From an uncultured Actinomycetes bacterium (GTDB lineage: Bacteria; Actinomycetota; Thermoleophilia; Gaiellales; Gaiellaceae), in assembly GCA_963793035.1 (NCBI GenBank), contig CAWBYI010000004.1, positions 4,175-68,174 of the forward strand: a stretch of 64,000 nt of DNA, written 5' to 3'. The notes beneath the pieces are model-generated. The model searched no databases. It was not told the origin of the DNA and was given only the letters and a program-made list of their open reading frames with translations. This document shows positions 48,381 through 58,710 of the stretch, piece by piece; the first letter of the stretch is position 1; the number at the start of each line of letters is the position of its first letter. A program made the position numbers and the translations under genes.

Positions 48381-48430
48381 GGGGGCCGGACAGGGGGTCG
48401 GACAGAGGGCCGGACAGGTCCGGCCCCTAC
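48381..48430 (-). repeat. REP-like element in the mreB-mreC spacer: three tandem 12/13-mers ending in a perfect palindrome
   Basis: GGGGGCCGGACAG / GGGGTCGGACAG / AGGGCCGGACAG, then GTCCGGCCCCTAC. The palindrome GGGCCGGAC-AG-GTCCGGCCC is at 48407-48426. The 26 nt at 48405-48430 are identical to 51315-51340. Confidence 0.75.
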
Positions 48431-48434
48431 GGCC

Positions 48435-49493
<1,059 letters not shown>

Positions 49494-49511
49494 GAGGGGA
49501 GACGAGTGTAC

Positions 49512-50093
49512 CTACGTGTTTTCCAGCAACTTCGGAGCGCGTTGCTCCAGGAGCGAGAGGAGGAGCGCCCCGGGGAGGCCGACGACGTTGAGGTAGTCGC
49601 CCTCAATCCGGTCGACGAGGCGCCCGCCCAGTCCCTGGATCGCGTACGCGCCCGCGCGTCCCTCCCACTCCCCGCTCTCGAGGTATGCGTCGAGGAGCTC
49701 TGGTCCGAGCGGACGGAACGTGACATCGGTTGTCACGTGCTCGACGACGTCGGCGGGGCCGAGCAGGCAGACGCCCGAGACCACGGTGTGCGTCCGGCCG
49801 GAGAGCTCACCGAGCATGCGCCGCGCGTCGTCGCAGTCGGCCGCCTTGCCGTAGACGCGGTCATCGAGGACGACGGTGGTGTCGACCCCGAGGGTGACGA
49901 GGCCGTCCGCGTGGACCGAGCGCGCCTTGCCTTCGGCGTGCCGGCGCACGAGCTCGACCGGATCGGCGTCGGGCGGGTCGTCCTCGACGTACCTGGGCGG
50001 GACGACCTCGAAGGGGATGCGCAACTGCTCGAGAATCGCCTTCCGCTGCGGCGAGGTCGACGCCAGGATCAGCCGGTCTTGCGCGCCACCCAC
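49512..50093 (-). CDS. maf: Maf-like nucleoside triphosphate pyrophosphatase
   Basis: 'LILASTSPQRKAILEQL', 'LGVDTTVVLD', 'GAYAIQGLGG'. The GTG start at 50093 is uncertain. Confidence 0.85.
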   Translation of the reverse strand: MGGAQDRLILASTSPQRKAILEQLRIPFEVVPPRYVEDDPPDADPVELVRRHAEGKARSVHADGLVTLGVDTTVVLDDRVYGKAADCDDARRMLGELSGRTHTVVSGVCLLGPADVVEHVTTDVTFRPLGPELLDAYLESGEWEGRAGAYAIQGLGGRLVDRIEGDYLNVVGLPGALLLSLLEQRAPKLLENT

Positions 50094-50836
50094 AGGTCTT
50101 CGCTCGGCCACTTGCGCGCCCACTCGGCCGTCGCCGTGTCGTAGAACGCGTGCGTCTCGGCATCGTCGGGCGCGTAGAGCTCGACGAGGCGCTCGACCTC
50201 GAATCCCGCTCCGCGGAGGACGTCGATCCACTCGCCGTGACCCAGGTGGAACTCCACCCCGTCCTCGACCTCCCACGTCACCGCGTACATCCCGCGCTGG
50301 GGACGCTGGAGGCTCTCGGTCGCATGCCCCGGGCCCGAGGGGACACAGAGCGTCGCGAGCATGCTGTTCGTCAGGAAGACGAGCCGCCCGCCCGGGCGCA
50401 GAAGCCTCGCCGCCTCGGGGATCCAGCGAGCCGGATCGCACCAGAGGCTCGCGCCGTACTCGGAGACGGCGAGGTCGAACCCCGCGTCGGGCAGCGGCAC
50501 GTCCTCTGCATTCGCCTCGACGAGCGGGAAGACGAGGCCCGTCTGTTCCTGCATCCTGCGCGCCGTCTCGAGCTGCGCCGGGGTCACGTCGACGCCGACC
50601 GGTCGCGCTCCCTGCCTCGCGAGCCACGCCGCGACATACGCGGTCCCACACCCGAGCTCGATCACGTCGAGGCCTGCCACGTCGCCAAGCGCGCCGAGCT
50701 CCGTCTCGGGGACCCCGAAGACGCCCCAGGTGAACGGTCGGTCGGACCACGCGCGCTCGGCGGCACCGTCCGTGTACTCGGCGTTCGTCTCCGTCCAGAG
50801 CGCGCGGTTGCGCGCAACGTGGTCCGGCTCAGACAA
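50069..50836 (-). CDS. Class I SAM-dependent methyltransferase
   Basis: Motif I 'VIELGCGTAY' and 'LLRPGGRLVF'. Confidence 0.8.
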   Translation of the reverse strand: MSEPDHVARNRALWTETNAEYTDGAAERAWSDRPFTWGVFGVPETELGALGDVAGLDVIELGCGTAYVAAWLARQGARPVGVDVTPAQLETARRMQEQTGLVFPLVEANAEDVPLPDAGFDLAVSEYGASLWCDPARWIPEAARLLRPGGRLVFLTNSMLATLCVPSGPGHATESLQRPQRGMYAVTWEVEDGVEFHLGHGEWIDVLRGAGFEVERLVELYAPDDAETHAFYDTATAEWARKWPSEDLWVARKTG

Positions 50837-51245
50837 GACCGTCTGGGAAGAACAGCGCGAGCTCCCTTTTCGCGCTCGCCTTCGAGTCCGACCCGTGCAC
50901 GATGTTCTCGGACAGCTCGAGCGCGAAGTCGCCGCGGATCGTCCCGGGCGCGGAGTCGAGCGGGTTCGTCGCCCCCATCATCGTCCGCACGACCGAGATC
51001 GCCGACTCGCCGCTCACCGCGAGGGCGAGCACGGGCCCCGAGCTGATGAAGTCGACGAGGCCGGAGAAGAACGGCTTGCCCCGGTGCTCCGCGTAGTGCT
51101 CGCGGCCCATCGACTTCGACACCTTGAGCAGCCGGGCGCCGCGGAGCTCGAGCCCCCGCCGCTCGAGGCGGGCGACGATCTCGCCGGCGAGGCCACGGCG
51201 CATGCCGTCGGGCTTGACGAGGACGAGGGTGGTCTCGCGGGCCAT
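50829..51245 (-). CDS. ndk: Nucleoside diphosphate kinase
   Basis: 'TLVLVKPDG', 'NIVHGSDS'. Confidence 0.95.
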   Translation of the reverse strand: MARETTLVLVKPDGMRRGLAGEIVARLERRGLELRGARLLKVSKSMGREHYAEHRGKPFFSGLVDFISSGPVLALAVSGESAISVVRTMMGATNPLDSAPGTIRGDFALELSENIVHGSDSKASAKRELALFFPDGLV

Positions 51246-51261
51246 GCGGCTCGCCAGTCTA

Positions 51262-51340
51262 GTAGGGGCGGGACCTGTCCCGCCCGCGAGGACGGTCGCA
51301 CCTGTCCCGCCCGCGAGGGCCGGACAGGTCCGGCCCCTAC
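51262..51340. repeat. Composite REP-like region: inverted pair of related palindromes flanking an 18-nt direct repeat
   Basis: GTAGGGGCGGGACCTGTCCCGCCC (51262-51285) and GGGCCGGACAGGTCCGGCCCCTAC (51317-51340) are in opposite orientation. ACCTGTCCCGCCCGCGAG is repeated at 51273-51290 and 51300-51317. The CTA at 51337-51339 is the stop of the upstream gene. Confidence 0.75.
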
Positions 51341-51846
51341 TCGCTCGCGCGCGTCCTTCGGGGCGGGCTCGTGGGCTGGCTCACGTCCTCGAGCACCGGC
51401 AGCACGGGCGGCACGACGGCCGCGCAGTACGGGCAGATCTGCCACAGCGCCTCGAGCGGCTGGCCACACGACGCGCACGACTGCTTGAGCCTCGTCGTGC
51501 AGACAGGGCAGACGAGGTAGGTCGGCTCGACGCGCGCGCGGCAGACGGGGCAGCGGTGGTCGAGCTGGGCAAGCCGCTCCTCCATCGCCTTGATCTCGAG
51601 ATCGCGTTCGCGCACGTCCTGGAGGTACTCCGGAGGCCGGAAGAAGAGGTAGATGATCGGGCCGAGAAACGGCGGGAAGAGGCCGATCAGCGTGGCGAGC
51701 GCGATGAGCCACGGCTCCTGGATGCGGCGGCGCGCGTCCTTGAAGGTCCAGAACGCGGTCGCAAGCCAGAGCAGGACGAGGACGAGAAACCCGAGGTTCC
51801 GGGCGAGCGTCCAGTTCGGGTCGGCGAAGAGGACGGCGATGTTCAC
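51337..51846 (-). CDS. Membrane protein with a PLDc_N-like N-terminal TM pair and a double zinc ribbon
   Basis: 'FWTFKDARRR...PFLGPIIYLFFRP', then 'CPVCRARV..CPVCTTRL..CASCGQPL..CPYC'. The GTG overlaps the upstream stop (GTGA). Confidence 0.75.
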   Translation of the reverse strand: MNIAVLFADPNWTLARNLGFLVLVLLWLATAFWTFKDARRRIQEPWLIALATLIGLFPPFLGPIIYLFFRPPEYLQDVRERDLEIKAMEERLAQLDHRCPVCRARVEPTYLVCPVCTTRLKQSCASCGQPLEALWQICPYCAAVVPPVLPVLEDVSQPTSPPRRTRASE

Positions 51847-51956
51847 AGCAGTAGCTTGCCCACGAGATAGCCGAGTGCAAAGGCCCCGCCGACGATCATG
51901 GCGACGACGACGGTCGCAAAAGCCAACACGCCAAGGCGTTCGCCCACCCGCGTCAT
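51843..51956 (-). CDS. Micro membrane protein (37 aa)
   Basis: 'MTRVGERLGVLAFATVVVAMIVGGAFALGYLVGKLLL'. The ATG overlaps the folC stop (ATGA) and its own stop overlaps the next start. Confidence 0.45.
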   Translation of the reverse strand: MTRVGERLGVLAFATVVVAMIVGGAFALGYLVGKLLL

Positions 51957-53008
51957 CTTTCCTGCTCGGTCTGCGCGAGGTCGCCGAGGAGGTACAGCGA
52001 GCCCGTCACCAGCACCGGCTCTCCGAGCTCGTGACCGCGCTCGAGCGCGCTCGCGGGCGGCTCCACCACCTCGACGTGGTCGAAGTGCGGGCGCGCGAGG
52101 CGGGCGAGCTCGGCGGCAGGAAGCGCGCGGGCCGACGAGGACGCGGTCGCCACGAGGCGCGAGCCCGCCCGTCGCAGCTCCTCGAGCATCTTCGCGGCGT
52201 CCTTGTCGGCGAGGATCGAGACCACGAGCGTGAAGTCGAAGGCGGGCAGGCGCTCGACGAGGAAGCGAACACCGTCCGGATTGTGCGCACCGTCCCGGAT
52301 CTCCGCCTCCCGCTCCTCGAGACGTCCGGGGAGCACGACCTGCACGTCGGCCGCGATCTCGTGACCGACGAACGCCTCTGCCGCCTTGCGCGCCCCGCCG
52401 TAGCTGACCTCGTGCCCGGCGACCAGCGGCGCGTACGTCTCGTCCGGGAGGACGACGACGGAGCCTTCCTTCGCGACCGCGAGCTTCTCGCGGGCGATCT
52501 GGTCGAGCGTCTCGCCGAGGACCTCCGTGTGCTCGAGCGAGACGTTCGTGAGCAGGACCACCCGTGTATCGAGGACGTTCGTCGCGTCGAGCCTGCCCCC
52601 GAGGCCCGCTTCGACCACGGCCGCGTCGACGCCCGCTTCGGCGAAGCTCGCGAGCGCCGCCGCGGTGACCGTCTCGAACTGTGTCGCGCCGAGCCGTTCG
52701 GCGACGGGCCGCACAAGGGCGACCGCGTGCTCGAAGTCGGCATCCGCGCCGTTCAGCCGGATGCGCTCGCTCCAGCCCCTGACATGCGGCGAGATCGTCG
52801 TTCCGACGCGGAGACCCTCGCCGAGGAGCAGCTGCTCGACGGTCACTGCGGCCGTCGACTTGCCGTTCGTCCCCACGACGTGCACCGCCGGGTAGGCGTC
52901 CTGCGGGTTCCCGAGCTCCGCGAGCATCGTGTGCATTCGCTCGAGCCCGAACCGGTGCGGCCACGGGGAGAGCGAATCGAGCCAGTCAACCGCGCTCACG
53001 CCCGGCAT
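51953..53008 (-). CDS. folC: Folylpolyglutamate synthase / dihydrofolate synthase
   Basis: 'VHVVGTNGKSTAA', 'VVEAGLGGRLDATNV', 'DGAHNPDG'. Only the last 351 codons of the 749-aa track ORF are coding. Start is uncertain (a short N-terminus). Confidence 0.85.
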   Translation of the reverse strand: MPGVSAVDWLDSLSPWPHRFGLERMHTMLAELGNPQDAYPAVHVVGTNGKSTAAVTVEQLLLGEGLRVGTTISPHVRGWSERIRLNGADADFEHAVALVRPVAERLGATQFETVTAAALASFAEAGVDAAVVEAGLGGRLDATNVLDTRVVLLTNVSLEHTEVLGETLDQIAREKLAVAKEGSVVVLPDETYAPLVAGHEVSYGGARKAAEAFVGHEIAADVQVVLPGRLEEREAEIRDGAHNPDGVRFLVERLPAFDFTLVVSILADKDAAKMLEELRRAGSRLVATASSSARALPAAELARLARPHFDHVEVVEPPASALERGHELGEPVLVTGSLYLLGDLAQTEQER

Positions 53009-53086
53009 CGTAGGCTCGTGCGCAACCGCCTTGAGGGATCGTTGAGCGACGTGGACGAGGCTTCCGCAGACACCAGGAGGTGATCT

Positions 53087-54357
53087 GTGCTCCGCCGATC
53101 CGTGAATCCCGTGCTCCTCGTCCTCGCCGCCGCAGCGGTGCTCGCAACCGCATCCTCGAGTGCCGGTGCGGCACGCCAACAGTCCGCCGCCTGCCCGCTT
53201 CGCGTGCAGGCCGTCTTCTGGACCTCGACCGACTGGGAGCTGCTCGGCGAGGAGCTGAAGGGCCAGCTCTCCCCGTGCGCCGACTACTACATCTCGATCC
53301 CGCCGCTCGCGAACGACAAGACCGCGCTGCGGGCGCAGCAGGACGACGTGATCAGGCAGCTCGGCCCTCGCTTCCACCCCGTGGCCGAGGTCACGCTCGC
53401 CGGAGAGACCGGCTGGGACGCGTGGGTCACCGGCGCGCCGGGCCGGACCTGGCTCGACGCAGGCGTCGAGTTCCGCAGGCGAATGGTCGCCGCCGGATAT
53501 CGACCCGACCTCGGCGAGACCTGGCTCCTGAACGAGCTCGAGCGCAGCACGCGGCGGGACGAGCCGCCGCACACGCGCGCCGCGATGTCCGACCTCCTCC
53601 GCGGGCTCCATCTCGGCAACGGAAGCGGGCCGCGCATGCCCGGCATCGTCGAGATCGGGATCGCGTACACGCACCAGAACATCCCGGACGTTCCGGGCTA
53701 CAAGACGGAGATGAAGTCGTGGCTCCAGGATTCGGCGTTCTGGAGCAGTGTCGCGCCGGCGATCTCCGTCCTGACGAAGGAGGTCTACCCCGACGCACGC
53801 CACTGGGGCGTCGCCGGGACGGCGCGCAACCAGCGCGCGCGGCGCCTCAACCAGTACATGCAGCACTCGATGAATCTCGTCTCTGCCGGCCCGGGATCGG
53901 TCGACGCCGCCCGCGCACTGTTCAGGCGCGCGTACATGCCGCTCGGGAGCGCGACCTGGCCGGCTCGCGGGCCCGATCCGTTCACGCCTCCCTTCTGCTG
54001 CGGCCACGGCTGGACCCTGATGCCGCACGAGGCGATGCTGAACTTCGTCTCCGAGCAGATCTACGCGACCCGCCGCTACGTCGGAAACCACAGGGGCGGC
54101 GCGCCTGCCGGACGGATCGGCTTCTCCTGGCAGCCGACGAACAACTTCGACCTGCCCCAGGCGGAGTGGGACACCGCGAAGCGGGCGCATCGCCGCGCGC
54201 ATCGGCGAGGCAATCCGCTTACGGGTACCGCCCAGGGCTCGCGTCGGCCAATCTCGCGTGCCGGCCGCCAGGCGGCGCGACGGACTGGTGCCTCGGCGCG
54301 AATATCCAGGACGCCGCGTTCACGACCGAATGGGAGCCGTTCGCGCGCTGGAACTGA
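53087..54357 (+). pseudogene. Secreted hypothetical protein of unrecognised family, with 1-2 frameshifts near 54185-54225
   Basis: Signal peptide 'MLRRSVNPVLLVLAAAAVLATASSSAGA' and ~365 aa of coding-like sequence. The C-terminus is best read as '...EWDTAKRA/IAARIGEAIR/SAYGYRPGLASANLACRPPGGATDWCLGANIQDAAFTTEWEPFARWN*' across three frames. Confidence 0.55.
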
Positions 54358-54375
54358 GGCGTATCGTGCATCGCC

Positions 54376-55650
54376 GTGAAGGACGACGCGAGGACGGGTG
54401 AGCTCTCGCGCCGAGACCTCGTCGCGCGCGCCGGGGTCGCCGCCGCCGCGGTCGCGCTCGGACAGCCACTCGTCGCCGAGGCAGCGCCCGACCTGCGCCG
54501 CTGGAGCGGCGTGCGCGCGCAGTTCGCGCTCGATCCGCGGCGCATCCACCTGGCGTCCTTCCTGCTCGCCGCCCATCCACGCCCCGTGCGAGACGCGATC
54601 GAGCGTCATCGTCGGGGACTCGATCGAGACGCGGTCTCGTACCTCCATGGGAACGAGGGCCGGCTCACCGCCGCCGCGCGCTCCGCGGCAGGTCGGTACC
54701 TCGGCGTGCCTGCGAACGAGGTCGCGCTCACGGACTCGACGACGATGGGCCTCGGCCTGCTCTACGCACGGCTCGCGCTGAAGCCGGACGAGGAGGTCGT
54801 GACGACCGAGCACGACTTCTACGCGACGCACGAGGCGCTGCGCCTGTCCGGCGCGACGGTGCGGCGCGTCCGTCTGTACGACGACCCGCGCCGTGCCTCG
54901 GTCGACGAGATCGTGACGCGACTGCGCCGCGGGATCTCGGGTCGGACTCGCGTCGTGGCGTTGACCTGGGTGCACTCGAGCACCGGCGTGAAGCTTCCGA
55001 TCCGGGCGATCGCGGACGCGCTGCCCGATCGCGTGCTCCTCTGCGTCGACGGCGTGCACGGGTTCGGCAGCCAGGCGGCGTCCGCGCGCGAGCTGCGCTG
55101 CGATGCGTTCGCGTCCGGGTGTCACAAATGGCTCTACGGCCCCCGCGGTACGGGCGTCCTGTGGGCGAACGAGCGCGTGCGCGAGCTCGTCCGGCCGACG
55201 ATCCCGTCCTTCGACGACGGTGCGAGCTACGGCGCCTGGCTGTCGGGGACGACCCCGTCCGGGATCCCCGACGGCGCACGCCTGACGCCCGGCGGCTTCC
55301 ACTCCTTCGAGCACCGCTGGGCGCTCGCCGAGGCGTTCCGCTTCCACGACGCAATCGGGCGCAGGCGGGTCGAGGCGCGGGTGCGCGCGCTCGCCGCCAG
55401 GCTGCAGGCGGGGCTCTCGGAGATCCGCGGCGTCCGCCTCCGAACGCCGTCGTCGGGCGCGGTGTCGGCGGGCCTCGTCTGCTTCGAGGTCGCAGGGCTC
55501 GACCCCGACGCAGTCGTGCAGCGGCTGGCCGCGCGCCGGATCGTCGCGAGCGTCACGCCCTACGCCGAGCGGTACGTGCGGCTCGGCCCGGGCATCGTCA
55601 ACACGCCGGCCGAGGTGGACGCCGCCGTTCGCGCCGTCGCCGCGCTCTGA
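54376..55650 (+). CDS. Tat-signal aminotransferase class V (isopenicillin-N-epimerase-like PLP enzyme)
   Basis: 'SRRDLVARAGVAAAAVALG' is a twin-arginine-like signal. 'ALTWVHSSTGVKLP' and 'ASGCHKWLYGPRGTG' (PLP Lys) follow. Confidence 0.8.
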   Translation: MKDDARTGELSRRDLVARAGVAAAAVALGQPLVAEAAPDLRRWSGVRAQFALDPRRIHLASFLLAAHPRPVRDAIERHRRGLDRDAVSYLHGNEGRLTAAARSAAGRYLGVPANEVALTDSTTMGLGLLYARLALKPDEEVVTTEHDFYATHEALRLSGATVRRVRLYDDPRRASVDEIVTRLRRGISGRTRVVALTWVHSSTGVKLPIRAIADALPDRVLLCVDGVHGFGSQAASARELRCDAFASGCHKWLYGPRGTGVLWANERVRELVRPTIPSFDDGASYGAWLSGTTPSGIPDGARLTPGGFHSFEHRWALAEAFRFHDAIGRRRVEARVRALAARLQAGLSEIRGVRLRTPSSGAVSAGLVCFEVAGLDPDAVVQRLAARRIVASVTPYAERYVRLGPGIVNTPAEVDAAVRAVAAL

Positions 55651-55663
55651 GCCGCCTCAGCTG

Positions 55664-56152
55664 TCAGCCGCTCGCGGGCGGGGGCACCAGGCGGGAAACG
55701 AAGCAGCAGTCCCCGCTGACGCCGTCCACCAGGAAGATCGCGTCGACGCGGGCGCCCTCCGGCCAGTCGCCGAGCCGCGCGAGGGCCGCGCCCGTCTGTC
55801 CGCGCCACGCGACGATCCAGGCAGGGACGTCCTTCTCCACTGGCACCTCGATCTCCCCGGACGGCGGCACGGCGAGCGGCCCCCGCGAGAACCGGCCGCC
55901 GACGAGCGCGGGCATGACGACCGGGTCCTCCTCGGGAGCGTCGTCGAGGAAGAGCGCCCGCCGGACCGCGCGAAGTGCGAACTCGCCTGTGACCGGGAGC
56001 TCCGAGGCAGCCGCCGGGCGGACCGTGAGCCCGCCCAGGTCGGAGCGGATCCAGGCCGGCACGGACGCGGCGGCTGAATCGCGATCCCGTGCAGCGAGCA
56101 CGACGGCGACGACGAGAAGCGCGACGGAGCACGCGATCGCCGCGGCTCGCAC
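55664..56152 (-). CDS. Membrane-anchored hypothetical protein (162 aa)
   Basis: This is the C-terminal portion of the 971-aa track ORF. GTG 56152 is followed by the TM helix 'AAAIACSVALLVVAVVLAA' and a coding-like domain. It lies 8 nt downstream of the valS stop. Confidence 0.5.
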   Translation of the reverse strand: MRAAAIACSVALLVVAVVLAARDRDSAAASVPAWIRSDLGGLTVRPAAASELPVTGEFALRAVRRALFLDDAPEEDPVVMPALVGGRFSRGPLAVPPSGEIEVPVEKDVPAWIVAWRGQTGAALARLGDWPEGARVDAIFLVDGVSGDCCFVSRLVPPPASG

Positions 56153-56160
56153 GCGCCGCG

Positions 56161-58579
56161 CTACCCCTCGAGAGCGGCGAGCTCGCGGCGGTAGCGCTCG
56201 AGCTTCTCCCGCTCCGCAGCGACGACGTGGTCCGGCGCGTTCTGCACGAAGCGCTCGTTCGCGAGCATTTCCTCCGCGCGGGCGACCTCGCCGCGCAGGC
56301 GCGCGATCTCGGCATCGCGGTTGCCGTCGACCCGCTGGCGCTCGGGCCGCACGACCGCGGCGAAGATGCGGCGCTCGTCCTCCGACCCCAGCTCGACCTG
56401 GACGCCGCTCCTCCGGAAAATCTGGGCCGCCTCCTGCACGCGCTCGAGTGCGCCCGCATCGTCCGCGAACCGTGAGTCGGGCTCCGGCCACGGCGAGACG
56501 ATGAGGCGCGCGCTGCGGTCCGGCAGCTGCGTCCAGATCTCCTCGGTCACGTGCGGCATCACCGGGTGCAGGAGCGCCAGCAGCCGCTCGAGCGCGGCGA
56601 GCGCGGTTGCCGAGGCCTCGTCGTCCTCGGCATAGAGCCGCGGCTTGATCGCCTCCGCGTACCAGTCGCAGAAGTCGTCGTATGTGAGGTGGTAAAGCGC
56701 GTCGACGACCGCGGCGAAGTCGTAACCCGGCGAGGCCTTCCTCGACGTCGGCTCGCACGCGCTCGATACGCGCGAGGATCCAGCGCTCCTCGAGATCGCG
56801 CGGGCTCGCCGCCGGCGACAGGCCCTTTGCGTTCTGGATGATCAGCCGCGAGACGTTCCAGAGCTTGTTCGCGAGCCGGCGGCCCTCCTCGATCGCCTTG
56901 ACCGCGAGCCGCGCGTCCTGCTGCGAGGACATCTTCATCAGCCCGTAGCGGGTCGCGTCGGTGCCGTGCTCCCCGATGAGGTCGAGCGGGTCGACTCCGG
57001 TGCCGAGCGACTTCGACATCCTCCGCCCGTCGTGTGCCAGCACCGTCGAATGGATGATCACGTCGCGGAAGGGAATGTCCCCGACGAGCTCGAGGCCCGA
57101 GAAGATCATCCGGTTCTCCCAGAGACGAATGATCTCGCGTGCCGTGATGTTGAAGTCGCCGGGGTAGAAGCGCCGCAGATCGGGCGTGTCGTCCGGCCAC
57201 CCGAGCGTCGCGAACGGCCAGAGTGCAGACGAGAACCACGTGTCCAGGACGTCCGGGTCGCGCTCGAGCTCGGTCGAGCCGCATTCCGCGCACGTCTCGG
57301 GCTCGGACTCCGCGACCGTGATGTGGCCGTTCGGGCAGTACCAGACGGGCAACTGGTGCCCCCACCAGATCTGGCGCGAGATGTTCCAGTCGGGCGCGTT
57401 CTCGAGCGAGTCGATCGCGAACCGGTGCTGCGACTCGGGGTGATACCGGACGCGGCCCGAGCGGAGGGCCTCGAGCGCCGGCTCCTTGAGCTCTTCCATT
57501 CGGCACCACCACTGAAGGGAGATCAGCGGCTCGATACGGCTCGCACAGCGCTCACACACCGCGACGGTGTGCCTGTACGGCTCACGCTTCTCGAGCAGTC
57601 CACGCTCCTCGCACCACGCGAGGACGCGAGCGCCGGCCTCCTCCTGCGTCATGCCCGCGACCTCGGGAACGACGTCGTTCATGCGCCCGTCGCCGCCGAT
57701 CACCATCGGCTCGGGGAGGCCGTGGCCACGTCCGATCTCGAAGTCCACCGGATCGTGGCCCGGGGTGACCTTGAGCGCACCCGTGCCGAACTCCGGCTCC
57801 ACGCGCTCGTCGGCGATGATCGGGACCCGTCGCTCGACGAAGGGCACGATCGCCTCCTTGCCGACGAGGTCGCGGTAGCGCTGGTCGTCCGGGTGCACGG
57901 CAACCGCGACGTCCGCGAGGATCGTCGCCGGCCGCACGGTCGCAATCGTGACGTGCCCGCTGCCGTCGGCGAGCGGGTACCGGATGAAGAAGAGCTCGTC
58001 GTCGGTTTCGACGTGGTCGAGCTCGAGATCGGAGAGCGCGCTCTCGTGGAACGGGCACCAGTTCACGATGCGGTTGTCCCTGTAGAGATAGCCCTTGTTC
58101 CAGAGATGGACGAAGAACCGGAGCACCGCCCGCACGTAGTCGTCGTCCATCGTGAACCGCTCGCGGCGATAGTCCATCGACGCGCCCATGCGCCGGAACT
58201 GGCTCATGATCGTGCCGCCGTAGAGACGCAGCCACTCCCAGACGCGCTCCTCGAACGCCGCCCGGCCGAGCTCGTGACGCGACAGCCCGTTCCGTTCGAG
58301 CTCCTTCTCCACGACGCTCTGCGCCGAGATGCCCGCGTGGTCGTATCCGGGCTGGAAGAGCACGTTGTACCCCTGCATTCGACGCCAGCGGACGAGCGCG
58401 TCCGCCAGCGCGAGCTGGAGCGCGTGCCCCATGTGCAGCTCGCCAGTGACGTTCGGGGGCGGGAAGGCAACGACGAAGGTGTCGCGCGGATCGTCCGCGT
58501 CCGCCGCGTACAGGCCTTCGTCCTCCCACGTCTTCTGCCAGCGCTCCTCGACGCCTTCCGGGCGGTACAGGGTCTCCAT
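56161..58579 (-). pseudogene. valS: Valine--tRNA ligase, one frameshift at the C3/G3 run near 56726-56730
   Basis: 'PPPNVTGELHMGH' (HIGH) and 'RMSKSLGT' (KMSKS) are present. After '...RADVEEGLA' the sequence continues in the 56161-56562 frame as 'GYDFAAVVDALYHLTYDDFCDWYAEAIKPRLY...HPVMPHVTEEIW...' through the C-terminal coiled coil. Confidence 0.9.
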
Positions 58580-58710
58580 CGGCGAGGAGTCTACGGCGGC
58601 TCTACGGGGCGTTCCGGTGTCGCCTAGCGCGCGTCCGTGAGCAGCCCGGATACCGGGAACCCAGGTACGAAAGACGAACGGCCCTTGGCGTCGCGGAACA
58701 CGTGCTCAGG

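Noticed and set aside
48381-48430. Possible CRISPR-like array (tandem short repeats)
   Set aside because: The units are 12-13 nt with no spacers, and only three copies are present. There are no cas genes in the window.
51953-54202. 749-aa ORF containing folC
   Set aside because: Only the C-terminal 351 aa match FolC. The N-terminal ~400 aa are antisense to the secreted-protein gene 53087-54357.
58580-58710. T-box leader upstream of valS
   Set aside because: The leader is only ~130 nt, and I find no T-box consensus (AAUUAGGGUGGUACCGCG-like) or specifier/antiterminator arrangement.
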